37,623 bases of DNA from Octopus bimaculoides (taxonomy: Eukaryota). The stretch spans positions 4,311,191-4,348,813 of the forward strand of contig NC_068985.1 of the NCBI RefSeq assembly GCF_001194135.2. The letters run 5' to 3'. Numbering within the stretch: position 1 is the stretch's first letter; every line of letters starts with the position of its first letter. Shown here in pieces: positions 23,088-35,150 of the stretch. The notes under the pieces were generated by a model. That model saw only the letters and a program-made list of their open reading frames with translations. It did no database searches and was not told the origin of the DNA. Position numbers and translations under genes: made by a program.

Positions 23088-24247
23088 GTGTACACCTCTA
23101 ATGCTGCAGTATAAACTACACCATATTGATGCTGCTGGGATACAAAATCGATTCTTCGTGTGAACCAAATTACAACTAAATATCACTAGGGATGATCTAC
23201 AAATGTGGAAGTATATTATATCAGGAATAGTAATATCAATAATGTTAGACATTATAAGCACCAACAGAAATAAAAGGGATCTCTGATATGACTCGGTCTG
23301 CGAATCTATTACGTAATCTGTGATCTCATTTACGATTGCAATACAAGCGCCTGCTAATTATTTAATCATTTGCCTTAAATACTTATTAAATTTAATTTGA
23401 TCCAAAGGTTCAAATTAAATTTGAAATAGGGCACTAGCTATATTGGACAATAATATAATGGTGTATCCTTCTAGGCCAAGTGAGTGGCAAATTTTGTTAG
23501 GGCAGCGAAAAGAGATTATGATTTTTGGTATAAGCAGGCACAGGAACAGGGTTTGGTTGAGGAGTATAGTTGAGTCAGCTGACTTCAGTTGTTGCCCAGT
23601 TCTGTATTTTATCGACACTGGAAGGATAACAAGAAAAGGCGACAACGGCGAATTCTAGTTCAGAACATAAAGAATCAGAAATAAATATTACAAAATATTT
23701 TGTCCGAAACTCTAAAGATTCTGCCAGCTCAACACCGATTGTTGTGAAGAAATCCCAGTATTTGATTTAATGATATGAAATGGAATTGTAATCGGCAATT
23801 TGTCCTGTTCGGATGTTCAGTAGTTTTGCGGGAGTAGGGACTTACACCTAAGTTACAACAACACTTAGGCCTGAACTAGCTCAGGATGCAAAATACGTGT
23901 TAGGGGACGCAGTTATGGGTCATATAGAAGATGGTCGTATGACGAAGGCATGCAAAAATCGGAGGAGCGCTGGCCTCAAGACATAAGTCATACAGGCTCA
24001 CCGGCGTGGGATGTCATATGAATTTGTCCCCTTGCCAAGGAGGGGTTTAAATAAGGTAATTTGCCTCGGGAGTACGCTCAGGAATTCAAGAGGAATATGA
24101 ACAGTAAATAAACCAACTGAAAGCAACTGAATCTATCGTTGTATCTTTCCGCCATGAATTTTCTTAAGAGTGGAGTTCTGTGATCACTAAAGCCAGTGGA
24201 TGTGACGCATGAAGGAAATCAATAATACAGTCATCTGTAAACTATTG

Positions 24248-24378
24248 TACAGGGTGTCCACAAAGTCTGGCTACATGGAGTAAATAAAATCATAACATAA
24301 ACAATTAAATATAAGAAATAATAATTTCTTAAAGAATGTGTTAATCCCCATGTTCCTAGACTTTGTGGACACCCGGTA
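24248..24378. mobile_element. Tc1/mariner-type MITE (127 bp) with TA target duplication
   Basis: TA-cagggtgtccacaaagtct ... agactttgtggacacccgg-TA: 19-bp TIRs with one mismatch. Confidence 0.9.
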
Positions 24379-24934
24379 GAGACTTTCTTTTCTGTCGCAT
24401 ATTTGTGCGTATAATGTCTCAGAAATATGTATTCCAAAATCAATCTGTCATTTGAGAAATCGTGCAAAATTCCTTGTGTTATGCATTCAGTTTAATACTT
24501 TTTTCCAATAACTTTGCTTCTCAATACATTTTCCTGAGAAAATAATGTTTTTAATACAAATATATTTAACAACTGTTGTGTATAGCTTAGTCAGCTTCAC
24601 TTTGTTCGAATAATCCAATAGCATGTAATTAACAGGCCAAAGGTTTTGGATGCGATCCACACATCCAACATAGCGAGTTTTCTGCGTATCTAACTCATTG
24701 GGTCGAGGTGGCGGTCAATATTAAGCAGCCACAGGGGTTTCTTGTGAGATGTACAGCTGCGTCGATCTTATTATGCTATCATCCCACCGTAGCCATATTT
24801 GTCTTTATTTGATTAATAAGACCACGTGAGTAACCGCAGTAGAGCGGTTACGACTGGATACGACTGGATCTCAACATTCATCTCTCTTCTGGTTTGTCTG
24901 AAGGGATACACATCCACGTACGTTGTTGTTGTTG

Positions 24935-25235
24935 TTTTGTGTTGTCGAACAAATTCCACCGAGGTCTACTTTGCCTTTCATTCTTGCGAGGTCGATAAAA
25001 TAAGTACCAGTTGAGTACTGGGGTCGATGTAATCGACCTAACAGCTCCTCTCCCATAGTGCAAGCCTTGCACCAACATTTGAAACAATATCACATGCAGC
25101 TGCAACAGCAAGAACAACAGTAGATCCCTCCAGAAAAACACAAGCCAAATCTCCCTCATATCCCAATCTACGGTGTTTTTTTTTAATAGCAAGATACATT
25201 GTATAATGTAGTCCTAGATACATTATGTCCAATAC
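24935..25235 (+). mobile_element. SINE-B with a long-tail variant
   Basis: aattccaccgaggtctactttgcctttcat...ggggtcgatgtaatcgac. A similar tail fragment occurs at ~13580-13680. Confidence 0.7.
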
Positions 25236-25599
25236 AAACACAGAGTATTACTGCTAGAATGCTTTTCGTTCTATGTCCCCTTGACGGAGCTTAATCCTGG
25301 GCCGATTAAGGATGATGTAGAGAGTGGCTTTGAGTTTAATTAACAAACAGCCGTCAATACACTTCTATGAATAAATTTAATTCGGATCAAATATTTCCTG
25401 TCTTCAGATCTACGCCAAAGACATTTTAGCTCATCTTCCTTTATCCGCTTTCTCTGATGGAGTATTGATGTTTGATCAATCTGCTAGAAACAACAACCAA
25501 ATATTCTTCTAGTTGCTTCTTATATAAAGTCAGTATAGTTTGAAAACTGTAGTGCTAGGTACGTCACATGATGTCACGTGACCGAACAGACTCTCGGGT

Positions 25600-25852
25600 G
25601 TTATTATACATCGCTGGTTACAATGCACTTGGCATCGTTTTAGCTTCCGAAATGAAGCCAACCCGCTGGCTAGGCAAGCAGGCCAACATCCCACCTGATC
25701 GGAAGGCCAGACTGTCGTAAGTTTAGCCATTTACATCTGAGTAGAGTGGATTAACGTGCTCAAGAACATAACGCACCGTTCGGCCTGGGAATCGAACACA
25801 CAATGTCATGACCGTGAGTGCAGCACATCTACTCACTAGGCCACACGTCTTA
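25600..25852 (-). mobile_element. tRNA-derived SINE
   Basis: Reverse-strand B-box ctgggaatcgaac and head accgtgagtgcagcacatctactcactaggccac. Confidence 0.7.
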
Positions 25853-25955
25853 ACCCTAGTTATGTAATCCCTGAAAATACTGAAGGGACGAAATCTTGAT
25901 CACCTTTCACCATAGGTCTGCTCAGTCAGGTCTGTTCCGGGGGTTAAACAACGAA

Positions 25956-26015
25956 AACTGCATCAAACTGCATCAAACTGCATCAAACTGCATCAAACTG
26001 CATCAAACTGCATCA
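25956..26015. repeat. 10-bp tandem repeat, 6 perfect copies (aactgcatca)
   Basis: Directly visible, immediately 5' of a SINE-A head. Confidence 0.97.
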
Positions 26016-26016
26016 T

Positions 26017-26680
26017 AGGCGCAGGCCTGGTTGCGTGGTAAGAAGCTTGCCCCCTCCCACCAACCACATGGTTCCGGGTTCAGTCCTACTGCGTGGCACC
26101 TTAGGTAAGTGACTTCTACTTTAGCCTCGGGCCGACCAAAGCCTTCTGAGTAGATTTGGTAGACGGAAACTGAAAGAAGCCCGTCGTGTATTTATATATA
26201 TATATGTATGTATGTNNNNNNNNNNAGACGGAAACTGAAAGAAGCCCGTCGTGTATTTATATATATATATGTATGTATGTGTGTATGTATGTATGTATGT
26301 ATGTATATATGTATATGCTTGTGTGTCTGTCTTTGTTCCCCCGCCATCGCTTGACAACCGATGTCTGTGTGTTTACGTTCCCGTAACTTAGTGGTTCGAC
26401 AAAAGGAAGGCGGTAGAATAAATACTAGGCTTACAAAGAATAATCCCTGGGGTTCGATTTTTTTTCGACTAACACTCTTGAAGGCGGTGCTGCGGTAGCA
26501 TGGCCGTAGTTAAATTACTGAAACAAACAAAAGAATAAAAGAATAACAGAATAACAGAATGAAAGAATAAAAGAATAACAGAATAAAAGAATAACTGAAT
26601 AACAGAATGAAAGAATAAAAGAATAACAGAATAAAAGAATAACTGAATAACAGAATAATAGAATAAAAGAATAAAAGAAC
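26017..26680 (+). mobile_element. Full-length SINE-A with an expanded (gaataaaa/gaataaca)n tail
   Basis: Head ggcgcaggcctggttgcgtggtaagaagc, internal TA/TATG repeat, tail ggcggtgct...gcatggccg...tgaaac, then ~150 bp of 8-mer repeats. Confidence 0.92.
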
Positions 26681-26773
26681 ATCGACTTAGCTTTGAGGAA
26701 GAAGTAAATTTATAGCATGAAGCAAGCAATGACGATTTCGACACTGAAAAATATTTTGAGCTTCGACTGACCC

Positions 26774-26825
26774 CGCCGCTGCCGCCGCTGCCGCCGCTGC
26801 CGCCGCTGCCACCGTCGCCGCCGCT
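26774..26825. repeat. GC-rich (gccgccgct)n repeat
   Basis: About 4 nine-mer units plus degenerate GCC triplets. Confidence 0.93.
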
Positions 26826-27225
26826 TGTCTACACTTAATAACTAAACTTGTATATTGTATCCATCTCTCAGTCAATATTGCTTCTTCGTGTTAGTAAGGA
26901 GATTGCTGTTTGCAATGTTACAATTCTAATAACTTAAATATGCCAAAAACATGGAATGTTATCTTGTTCTATAAATATTGTTAATCATCAATATATTCAT
27001 CCGAGCCTTTGAAATACGATCGTTATATCCCAAGACCGGTTAATATTGTTAGCGATATTCCATGCATGATGTTCAGTCGACCGATCTATAATATTATCTG
27101 TGGATTTACATCTGTTTAACTTCACCTTTGTTTCATGTCATCTATAGAAATTTACCAATTATACATAATACAGACACAGTCGCATAAACACACAAACCCA
27201 CGCAAACACATTCTCATTCACCTAT

Positions 27226-27285
27226 AAACCATGTGTGTGTTTGTGTGTGTGTGTGAGAGAGACAGACAGACAGACAGACAGAGAG

Positions 27286-27322
<37 letters not shown>
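27226..27322. repeat. GT/GACA/GA compound microsatellite
   Basis: Directly visible. Confidence 0.95.
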
Positions 27323-27323
<1 letters not shown>

Positions 27324-27354
27324 CGTTACATATTTGAGGTCAAAATACAATGCA

Positions 27355-27572
27355 CATCTTGGTGTATGCTCACCATCCAAGATTCTGAGTTCGTACCTAA
27401 ATCCCTATTATTTGAGTAGGCGTAGAGTGCTGAACTGGTACTTATATTATCGACCTCGAAAAGACGAACGGCAAAGTCGACCTCGTCGGAATTTGAACTC
27501 AGAGCATAATGACGGACGAATCGCCGCTGAGCATTTTCGCCAGCGTGCTAACGATTTCGCCAGCTCGCTACC
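27355..27572 (-). mobile_element. SINE-B
   Basis: ctggtacttatattatcgacctcgaaaag...gtgctaacgatttcgccagctcgc. Confidence 0.85.
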
Positions 27573-27649
27573 TTGTACAAGCAGAATATTAAACGTTCTA
27601 CTCTTTTCTTATATCTTTCTTATACGGTTTGTGTCGCATGAGGGAAAAA

Positions 27650-27820
27650 GATTGGCCCTCCGTCGGTTACGACGACGAGTATTCCAGTTGAACCGATCAA
27701 CGGAACTGCCCGCTCGTGAAATTAATGTGCAAGTGGCTGAGCACTCCAGACTTAACATAGTACTCAGGGATATTCAGCCTAACACAGAATGTGGCAAGGT
27801 TGATATACGGGTACCACTCA
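27650..27820 (-). mobile_element. SINE-C 3' part, interrupted by the foldback element
   Basis: ccgtcggttacgacgacgagtattccagttgaaccgatcaacgg...gtgcaagtggctgagcactcc. Confidence 0.82.
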
Positions 27821-28098
27821 TTATTTACATTATTTACATTTGTCCTCATCTTGTTTGTTGTTAATACAACGTTTCGTCTGATATACCCTCCAGCCTTCAT
27901 CAGGTGTCTTGGGGAAATTTCGAACCTGGGTTCTCATTCCTAATGCATTTTTCCGATGTTATTCGAAATTTCTCCATGTTCGAAATTTCCTCAAGACACC
28001 TGATGAAGGCTGGAAAGTACATCAGCCGAAAGGTTGTGTTAACAACAAGCAAGATGAGGACAAATATCCGTCAAATGTAAATAATGAACATAATTCCT
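27820..28098. mobile_element. Foldback hammerhead element, locus C (centre deleted)
   Basis: The left arm (27820-27960) is the reverse complement of the right arm (27975-28098) over most of its length. CTGATGA occurs at 28000 on + and as tcatcag at ~27897 on -. Confidence 0.85.
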
Positions 28099-28549
28099 NN
28101 NNNNNNNNNNNNNNNNNNNNNNNNNNNNNNNNNNNNNNNNNNNNNNNNNNNNNNNNNNNNNNNNNNNNNNNNNNNNNNNNNNNNNNNNNNNNNNNNNNNN
28201 NNNNNNNNNNNNNNNNNNNNNNNNNNNNNNNNNNNNNNNNNNNNNNNNNNNNNNNNNNNNNNNNNNNNNNNNNNNNNNNNNNNNNNNNNNNNNNNNNNNN
28301 NNNNNNNNNNNNNNNNNNNNNNNNNNNNNNNNNNNNNNNNNNNNNNNNNNNNNNNNNNNNNNNNNNNNNNNNNNNNNNNNNNNNNNNNNNNNNNNNNNNN
28401 NNNNNNNNNNNNNNNNNNNNNNNNNNNNNNNNNNNNNNNNNNNNNNNNNNNNNNNNNNNNNNNNNNNNNNNNNNNNNNNNNNNNNNNNNNNNNNNNNNNN
28501 NNNNNNNNNNNNNNNNNNNNNNNNNNNNNNNNNNNNAAGAGCTTTGAAC

Positions 28550-29650
28550 ATGTTTTAATGAAATTTAAATACGAACATTACATCAGAAATTAAGACGAAG
28601 AAAAGGAAAGAATGATAGAACCTTAATGAGGAGAAGGAAAAGGTTGAAAGAGAGAACTGCCCCAACCGTTGAAAGAATGGAGGTGAGAGGTGCAAGCTTG
28701 TATTCATTGCTCGTTACAGAGATTAAAGGAAGGGCTGCTACAACCAATACGGCGACTAGCAATAACCAACAATAACCCCTTCCAGAGTCTCTTTCAGTAA
28801 CGTCAGAATCGGCGCTGCTGCGAGCGATAATGACATGAGCAGAAACACCTCTATGTCTCACATCATGATCAACAGCAACAACGACAAGACTTCATCACTA
28901 TTACCACCGTTAATATTAACCACCAACAACGACAACATGGAGAACAACAGCAGCTCCATCAAAAACATTGTTGGCACAAATAACACATTCTTCGCAAGAA
29001 CACGCTCACAAAAGCCGAATGGCAAGAAAAATATGGTCTTTTACCCCAAAACCAACCAAAAAAGTATGAAAAGTTCAAAAACTAAGGTAGACCAAGAGTT
29101 GCTTTAAAGATGTATCAAGGACAAGATTCTACAGACGATGAAGCAGAAACGAAAACTGAAAACTTCACCACCACACGAGCTTCGGAGAAATTGACCCTCT
29201 TCTCAGAGAACATGTGGAATCGAACATTGAAACTAACAATGCGAAGCGTACCACCAGGATTGAACCTGGGCCAACTGATAACGGCTCTATTGGCGTAAAA
29301 TATTAATAGCCAGCAATAGGTTAAACCCAACCAGTTCAATACAAACTGATTAAAGATTGATTTCGAAATGAAGTTATTGATAAGATTTGCAGACATGAAA
29401 AGGATTTCTGGCCCCATTTATTTTAAGACTGGGATGCAGATGCTCGAGATGCTGAAGGGCCCCAAATGTAACAATCATGGAGATTTGAGAGCTTTTTGTC
29501 CGCTGGCGAAGGAGGATATGAAGAAGAAAGAGAAACTTCACTGTCTAGCTTGCTATCATCGTAATTCGTACCGTAATAACAGCGAACACAATCAACCTGA
29601 CCAGCATTAACAACAACTAGAGTGATGACAACAGAACGGAGAAGTCATAT
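28550..29650 (+). pseudogene. Decayed gag-like LINE ORF1 relic
   Basis: RTLKLTMRSVPPGLNLGQLITALL resembles RAWVCGLPPGTEAGWITEAI of the 5940 ORF. GPKCNNHGDLRAFC keeps the Cx2Cx4Hx4C spacing with two ligands lost. Confidence 0.5.
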
Positions 29651-30234
29651 CAGTGTCATCGATGATGAAATCAGCGTCAGACAAGACCAACCATGTACAC
29701 CACATTACGATTTTCACCAAGAGGAAAAGGAAACAAAGAAAATGGTGTCAACGGAGAATAAAGGTATATATATATATAAGAAAGAACGAAAATACACACT
29801 AAGTATTAAAGTAATGGCTATGTTTTTTTTTAAACAAAGATATATACATACAAATAAATGATTTGATGTGGAATTAAGAAGTATAAAAGTCATTATTATG
29901 AGTCAATATAGAAAATCATACCGGTTTCGTCATCGTTGTTCACTGTCTTTCTATATTGTCTCATAAATCACCTTAAATCATATATATTTGTTTTTATAAA
30001 ACAAGCCATTACTTTTACACCCAGTGTGCATTTTTTTTTTGTTTCTTTTTACTTTTCCTCAATTTATATTACGTGTAGTCTTTTTTTCTTTGAAACCTGT
30101 ATCTATTATATATATATGCCACTAACCTCCGCTCCGCCAGCGACGAGGTATCAAAGACCAAATAAAATTTTCGAAACGAAAAGGACCACCAATTTCATTC
30201 GAAGCGGCCCAATTCTCAGTCGGATCGTTTAACA

Positions 30235-30285
30235 TTTATGTTAGGCTTCTGATTTGCGGTATGCAAATCAGAAGCCTCACATAAA
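30235..30285. other. Isolated 23-bp hairpin (1 mismatch, 5-nt loop)
   Basis: tttatgttaggcttctgatttgc-ggtat-gcaaatcagaagcctcacataaa. Confidence 0.9.
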
Positions 30286-30739
30286 TAACAGGACCATAAT
30301 TCGGAAATACAAGAACGAAATCTGCCAACAGAATTCAAACAACAAAAAAATGGTAAAAAAGAATAACATAAACGTAATAATCAAAACAATAAAGAATCCT
30401 CAACTATATCGTTGATGGAATGGTGAACTGACTATATTCCGATCAAATTTTCTGAGTATTCCAAGGTAGATTTTGACACATCACATCGAACCGACCAATT
30501 CGTGTGTAGATCTGGGAGATACAGTGATCGCATAGAATGTCCACAGTTTTTTGTGGTGGTTGACTGGACGGAGATCAATATTTTGATCTGCACACACAAG
30601 TTAATTAAGTTAATTAATTAGTTGGTATTTATCATCAGCAGTGGTTGGGAGTGTTATTAAGACCGTGACACATGACGTGTCGCTCTATACGAGGATCCAG
30701 TGCTTAGCGGCAGTGATATTTGAAGAACTTGAAAGAGGG

Positions 30740-32230
30740 CATCGAAACCAAATCGATCGCACTTCATAGTTTTAGCTGGACGGGTTGGAGCTGCAATTGT
30801 AGCTCACCCTAATCGCATATACATCCTCATATACATCACATGACGAGTGAAGATTAAATGAGTTTTGTGGTGGAAGACAGAAGTGCCAGGTGTAATGCAT
30901 GCGGCAGCACTAAACCTCCGAGGCCCTATTGCATCCCGAAGGGACTAAAAGAGCAGACCTTTCTTGATGCCAACACTACAAACACATCAACAGCACCAAG
31001 AGTTGTAGAAACTACAATGCCACAGACAGTAGCAGAAAAAGTATTATCAGCATCAACAACAGCGGTAACAACATCAGTGTCGACAACAATGATTACCGGA
31101 AGCTCAGTGTATCATTGTCAACGTGCAAAGTTTAACGCCACTAAATTCGCGCATTTGCCGAGCTGTTAATGAGTCAACTTTCAACAGGCGGTGATGCGAC
31201 GCTAATCGTCTTATTCTGGTGATTATTATAGAATTGATAGGCTTTAACAACGAAGTAACATTAAAGAGAAATAGACAAGGGTGGCTGCCAGGGACTAAAT
31301 TAAAATAGACGATTAGGTAAAGCGTCGGAAATGACGTGCTTCTGGCGTTAATAATTCTCGACTGTTTATTTCTTCAATGCGAAACATCGATACAGTGCTG
31401 TCAGAGCTAAGGAGTATGCTCTTGGATACAGAGAATGCGTGCTTTTGCGTAAACAGTTACATGATCGCAGCTGTCAGAGCCATGTCGTGGCAAAGTATAA
31501 AGAATTCAGTGTTTGATACACGAGACTGGTGCAAGATGCTCGATTCCTGGTAGGCTTGTGCGGTTTTTCCACAACTTTTTGACGAAACGGAAGTTCTATG
31601 TTGAAAATAGACTATAAAACGAGGCCTTCTTCTATTCTCTGTCATTCGGCAATTCAGCTGCTGGATAACCATCAATATTTTTCCTCCACTTAAATTCTCT
31701 GGAAGTTGGAGTAAAAGAGCGAACCGAAGACGTACTTACAAAGACCCTGGAAGCTGTGACAAAAATTAGCTGGTTGTTCTGTCCGGTGCTTTTGACTCAA
31801 AAGCTGTGAATAATTTATAGAAATTCTCAGTGAGCAGCATTGCAACTGTACATACAGGAAAACATGTCAGTGTGAGACACATATAAAACAACGAATCCGT
31901 TCTTGTGGCATTCGTTAGGCTGCGAGCATTGCCGACCGGTAGGAGTTTGTTGACTAGCTTTTGTCACGTGTAAGCTTGATCTGGCTATCGTTTGAAAGCA
32001 TGTTGAATTTCGTTTGTCGTTTGGCCGAGAGGTTTGTTGTATCTGGTAGCTATAGCGAAAGAATTTTTCTGGCTGGCGCAAATGAAGACAGCCCTATTCC
32101 TAAGACTGGAATGTGTGGTGAAAAAGAAGTTGTTGTTCTGCAGATTTGACAGGCGATGGAAGTGATGAATAGGCTTCTCTCCTGTAAGCTAAAAAATTAT
32201 AACTAGAAGAGAGCAGTTCCTCTTAAAGCA
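30740..32230 (+). pseudogene. Decayed, internally deleted Tx1/L1-type LINE (ORF1 knuckle plus probable ORF2 C-terminus)
   Basis: SFVVEDRSARCNACGSTKPPRPYC keeps the Cx2Cx4[H>P]x4C spacing. ASIADR*EFVD*LLSRVSLIWLSFESMLNFV (~31920-32010) resembles the Tx1 ORF2 post-zinc-finger region as recalled. Confidence 0.55.
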
Positions 32231-32384
32231 ATCCTGGAATTATGAGCGTCCGTAATTAGTTATCGACGATGGACCTTTCGTACTTTCGAGGTCGAAGTAT
32301 CCATTGCACACCACGATAGATGCTATCGACTACTTCCCTCCACCAAAAATTTCAGACATTCTCTCTTTAGTAGAAAGGGTTATC

Positions 32385-32940
32385 ATCATTATGAATGAGA
32401 GTAACGCATACCATAAAAGTGATGCAGGGCTACAAATATATGAAGCCTAACACACCCAGAATGACCAACCGTCTGATAAGGATACACCATGTACATACAT
32501 CACAACCATATGTGTACGACAAGGTGACTTCGTATTAAGATAAACAGCGGATGGCTTTTCAGATGGGGCCCAGTTAGAATTTTCTTAAGGTCGAAAAGCC
32601 CATCCCATTCAAAAGGTCCCTGAATAAGGGTTGCTTAAGGATGATGAACAAAACAACTGTGTTTCCCGAGGCGAATTATTCTAACCCTAAAGAACTCCTC
32701 TCAACACATGGCTATGATGCTTCCCCACTATTTCTGCTCGTAATCAGAGATGCACATATCGTCAGCCACGAAAGGACATGGTCATCTGGTTGAGGACAAG
32801 CAACTGACAAGCAAATGTGTAGTATTCAGCAGAATGTTTGTTGTATCCGATCTTTTATACGAAGACAAAATATTTACATAACACTTTCAATCAATTAGGA
32901 TCAGAAGCCATTCGAGCAGCTCCCTGGTACTGCATCAAGA
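32385..32940 (-). mobile_element. Interspersed repeat, probably a non-LTR 3' end or non-autonomous element
   Basis: Non-coding. Recognised from memory as a common octopus repeat; the minus strand ends in a degenerate (AAT)-like tail at ~32385-32395. Confidence 0.45.
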
Positions 32941-32946
32941 TATATT

Positions 32947-33180
32947 TGGCGGCGAGCTGGCAGAACCGTTTGCACGCTGGACGAAATGCTTAGCGGTATT
33001 TCCCCTGCCGCTACATTCTGAGATCAAATTCCTCCGAGGTAGACTTTGTCTTTCATCCTTTCGGGGTCGATTAAATAAGTACCAGTGAAACACTGGGGTC
33101 GATGTAATCGACTAGTCTCCTCCTCCAAAATTCCAGGCCTTGTGCTTTTAGTAGAAAAGATTATTATTACTACTACTATT
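32947..33180 (+). mobile_element. SINE-B
   Basis: ggcggcgagctggcagaaccg...ctttcatcctttcggggtcgattaaataagtaccag...ggggtcgatgtaatcgac. Confidence 0.92.
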
Positions 33181-33320
33181 ACAACTACTTCTACTACTAC
33201 TACTACACAGATAATCTCTATTAATCCTGGGCCATTATTTTGTCATTCCTCGTTAACAATTCTTTATTTCCAAACAATGCTTTGGTTTAATGTGGAAACG
33301 AAGAAGAAGAAGAAGAAGAA

Positions 33321-33369
<49 letters not shown>

Positions 33370-33370
33370 T
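33165..33370. repeat. (ACT)n, (AAG)n and (GAAA)n microsatellites
   Basis: Directly visible at 33165-33210 and 33300-33370. Confidence 0.9.
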
Positions 33371-33999
33371 CCATTCCTAATAAACATCTAACTCACCACT
33401 TTCCAGTTCGTGTTTATTATTTTCCTGAAACCTCTAAGAAGAATCAGTCATTTTGGATGACAGATTTCGTTATTCTTCCAAATTACTGGAACAAGTCTAC
33501 ATAATTAAATTTAGTCGTAAGAGTTGTAGGAGAGAAGCATCACTCATTATTACGACATATGGCTACATCGAAGGCCTTAGTACGGAAAGACTTGTGTAAT
33601 TGGAAAACTGTCACGTAACGACTTTCTCTCGGAATAAATTTCGGTGCAAATCCTTGCAAATTAATGTGGACAGCAGAAATGTCCGCCAGTATTTCAAACT
33701 TTCGCCACTTTCCAGAAACTCCATTTTCAAGAATATATAATCTCCAATTTACATAGACGAACGCAAAACAAATAAATGCCTCTGCAACCGTATAGGTGAA
33801 TAGGTTTGTTTACAGCATATAGAGTTGAATATAGACATAATTATATCTCTACAATGTGTTGTCAATCTGTGCATATTGAACTACAAACAGTGAGTTCGAT
33901 AACGTTCCTCCTCTCAGTAAATAACAAAAATCGAGTAAGGTGTTATTTGAACGTTAGCTTCCAGCTTCTGACCAACTCTCAGTTATTTCAATTTGTAGA

Positions 34000-34283
34000 A
34001 AGTTACCCTCCCAGGCACAAGTCCGGGCAAGGTGGTTTATGGAAGGCCAGCAGTCGCTCATTCATACCAGCCTCCCCTTTCCACACCACTGATGTTATCC
34101 AAGGGAAAGACAAAGGGGCCGATACAGCTTGGCACCAGTGACGTCGCAACTCATTTCTACAGCTGAGTGAACTGGAACAATGTGAAATAAAGTGTCTTGC
34201 TCAAGAACACAACACGCAGCCCGGTCCGGGAATCGAACTCACAACTTCAAGATCGTAATCCCGACGCTCTAATCACTGAGTCA
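34000..34283 (-). mobile_element. tRNA-derived SINE
   Basis: gtgtcttgctcaagaacacaacacgcagcccggtccgggaatcgaactc (reverse-strand B-box); shares its core with SINE-C. Confidence 0.82.
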
Positions 34284-34369
34284 ATTTATTGACATCATTA
34301 ATGCACCCTAAGGAAGAAAACTAATTCTATCTTTTAAACATCTATTTTTGAATGTACACAATTCAACAT

Positions 34370-34752
34370 TGTTGTTGGCACTCCGTCACTTACGACGTCG
34401 AGGGTTCCAGTTGATCCGATCAACAGAACAGCCTGTTCGTGAAAATAACGTGCACGTGGCTGAGAACTCCACAGACACGTGTACCCTTAACGTAGTTCTC
34501 GGAGATATTCAGCGTGACACAGTGTGACAAGGCTGACCTTTTGAATTACAGGCGCAACAGAAACAGGAAGAAAGAGTGAGAGAAAGTTGTGGTGAAAGAG
34601 TACAGCAGGGTTCGCCACCATCCTCTGCCGGAGCCTCGTGGAGCTTTAGGTATTTTCGCTCAATAAACACTCACAACGCCCGGTCTGGGAATCGAAACCG
34701 CGATCCTATGACCGCGGATCCGCTGCCCTAACCACTGGGCCATTGCGCCTCC
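34370..34752 (-). mobile_element. Full-length SINE-C with 14-bp TSD
   Basis: Flanks are acacaattcaacat (34356-34369) and acacaattcgacat (34753-34766). The head and the (caa)n tail are intact. Confidence 0.93.
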
Positions 34753-34951
34753 ACACAATTCGACATAACAAGAGATGAACTTGCAGCTAGCTAAGGATGA
34801 GAGTTGAAAATGTTTCGCAGACAAAGCCTATTCGCATCACATCGCCGCTACATGAGCGTCACACACTCTCGGTCCGTTCCTCTTTTATGTGTAAAATATG
34901 ATAGCGAATTTGAGCGAGTGGAACCGATATTTATATCTAAACAGTCCTAGG

Positions 34952-35150
34952 GTGACCAACTGGCAGAATCGTTAGCACGCCGGAGAAAATGCTTAGTAGC
35001 ACTTCGTCCGTCTTTACGTTTTTGGCGTCGACTTCACCTTTCATCATTTCGGGGTCGGTAAAATAAGTACCAGTTGATTACTGGAATCGATGTAACCGAC
35101 TTACTCCCTCCTCCGAAATCACTGGCCTTCTTACAAAATCTGAAACCTAT
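34952..35150 (+). mobile_element. SINE-B
   Basis: ctggcagaatcgttagcacgccgg...catttcggggtcggtaaaataagtaccag. Confidence 0.87.

Noticed and set aside
26041-26065. A few extra bases in the uninterrupted SINE-A at the same position where the Tx1-like element inserted in the other copy
   Set aside because: The extra bases lie in a C-rich run prone to slippage, and non-LTR elements do not leave excision footprints.
26160-26275. Direct duplication of agacggaaactgaaagaagcccgtcgtg on both sides of an 11-N gap
   Set aside because: Typical unmerged contig overlap, so an assembly artefact.
33818-33889. Possible exon (tttacAG...ACA|GTGAGT)
   Set aside because: Weak pyrimidine tract and an unrecognisable peptide; such signals occur by chance.
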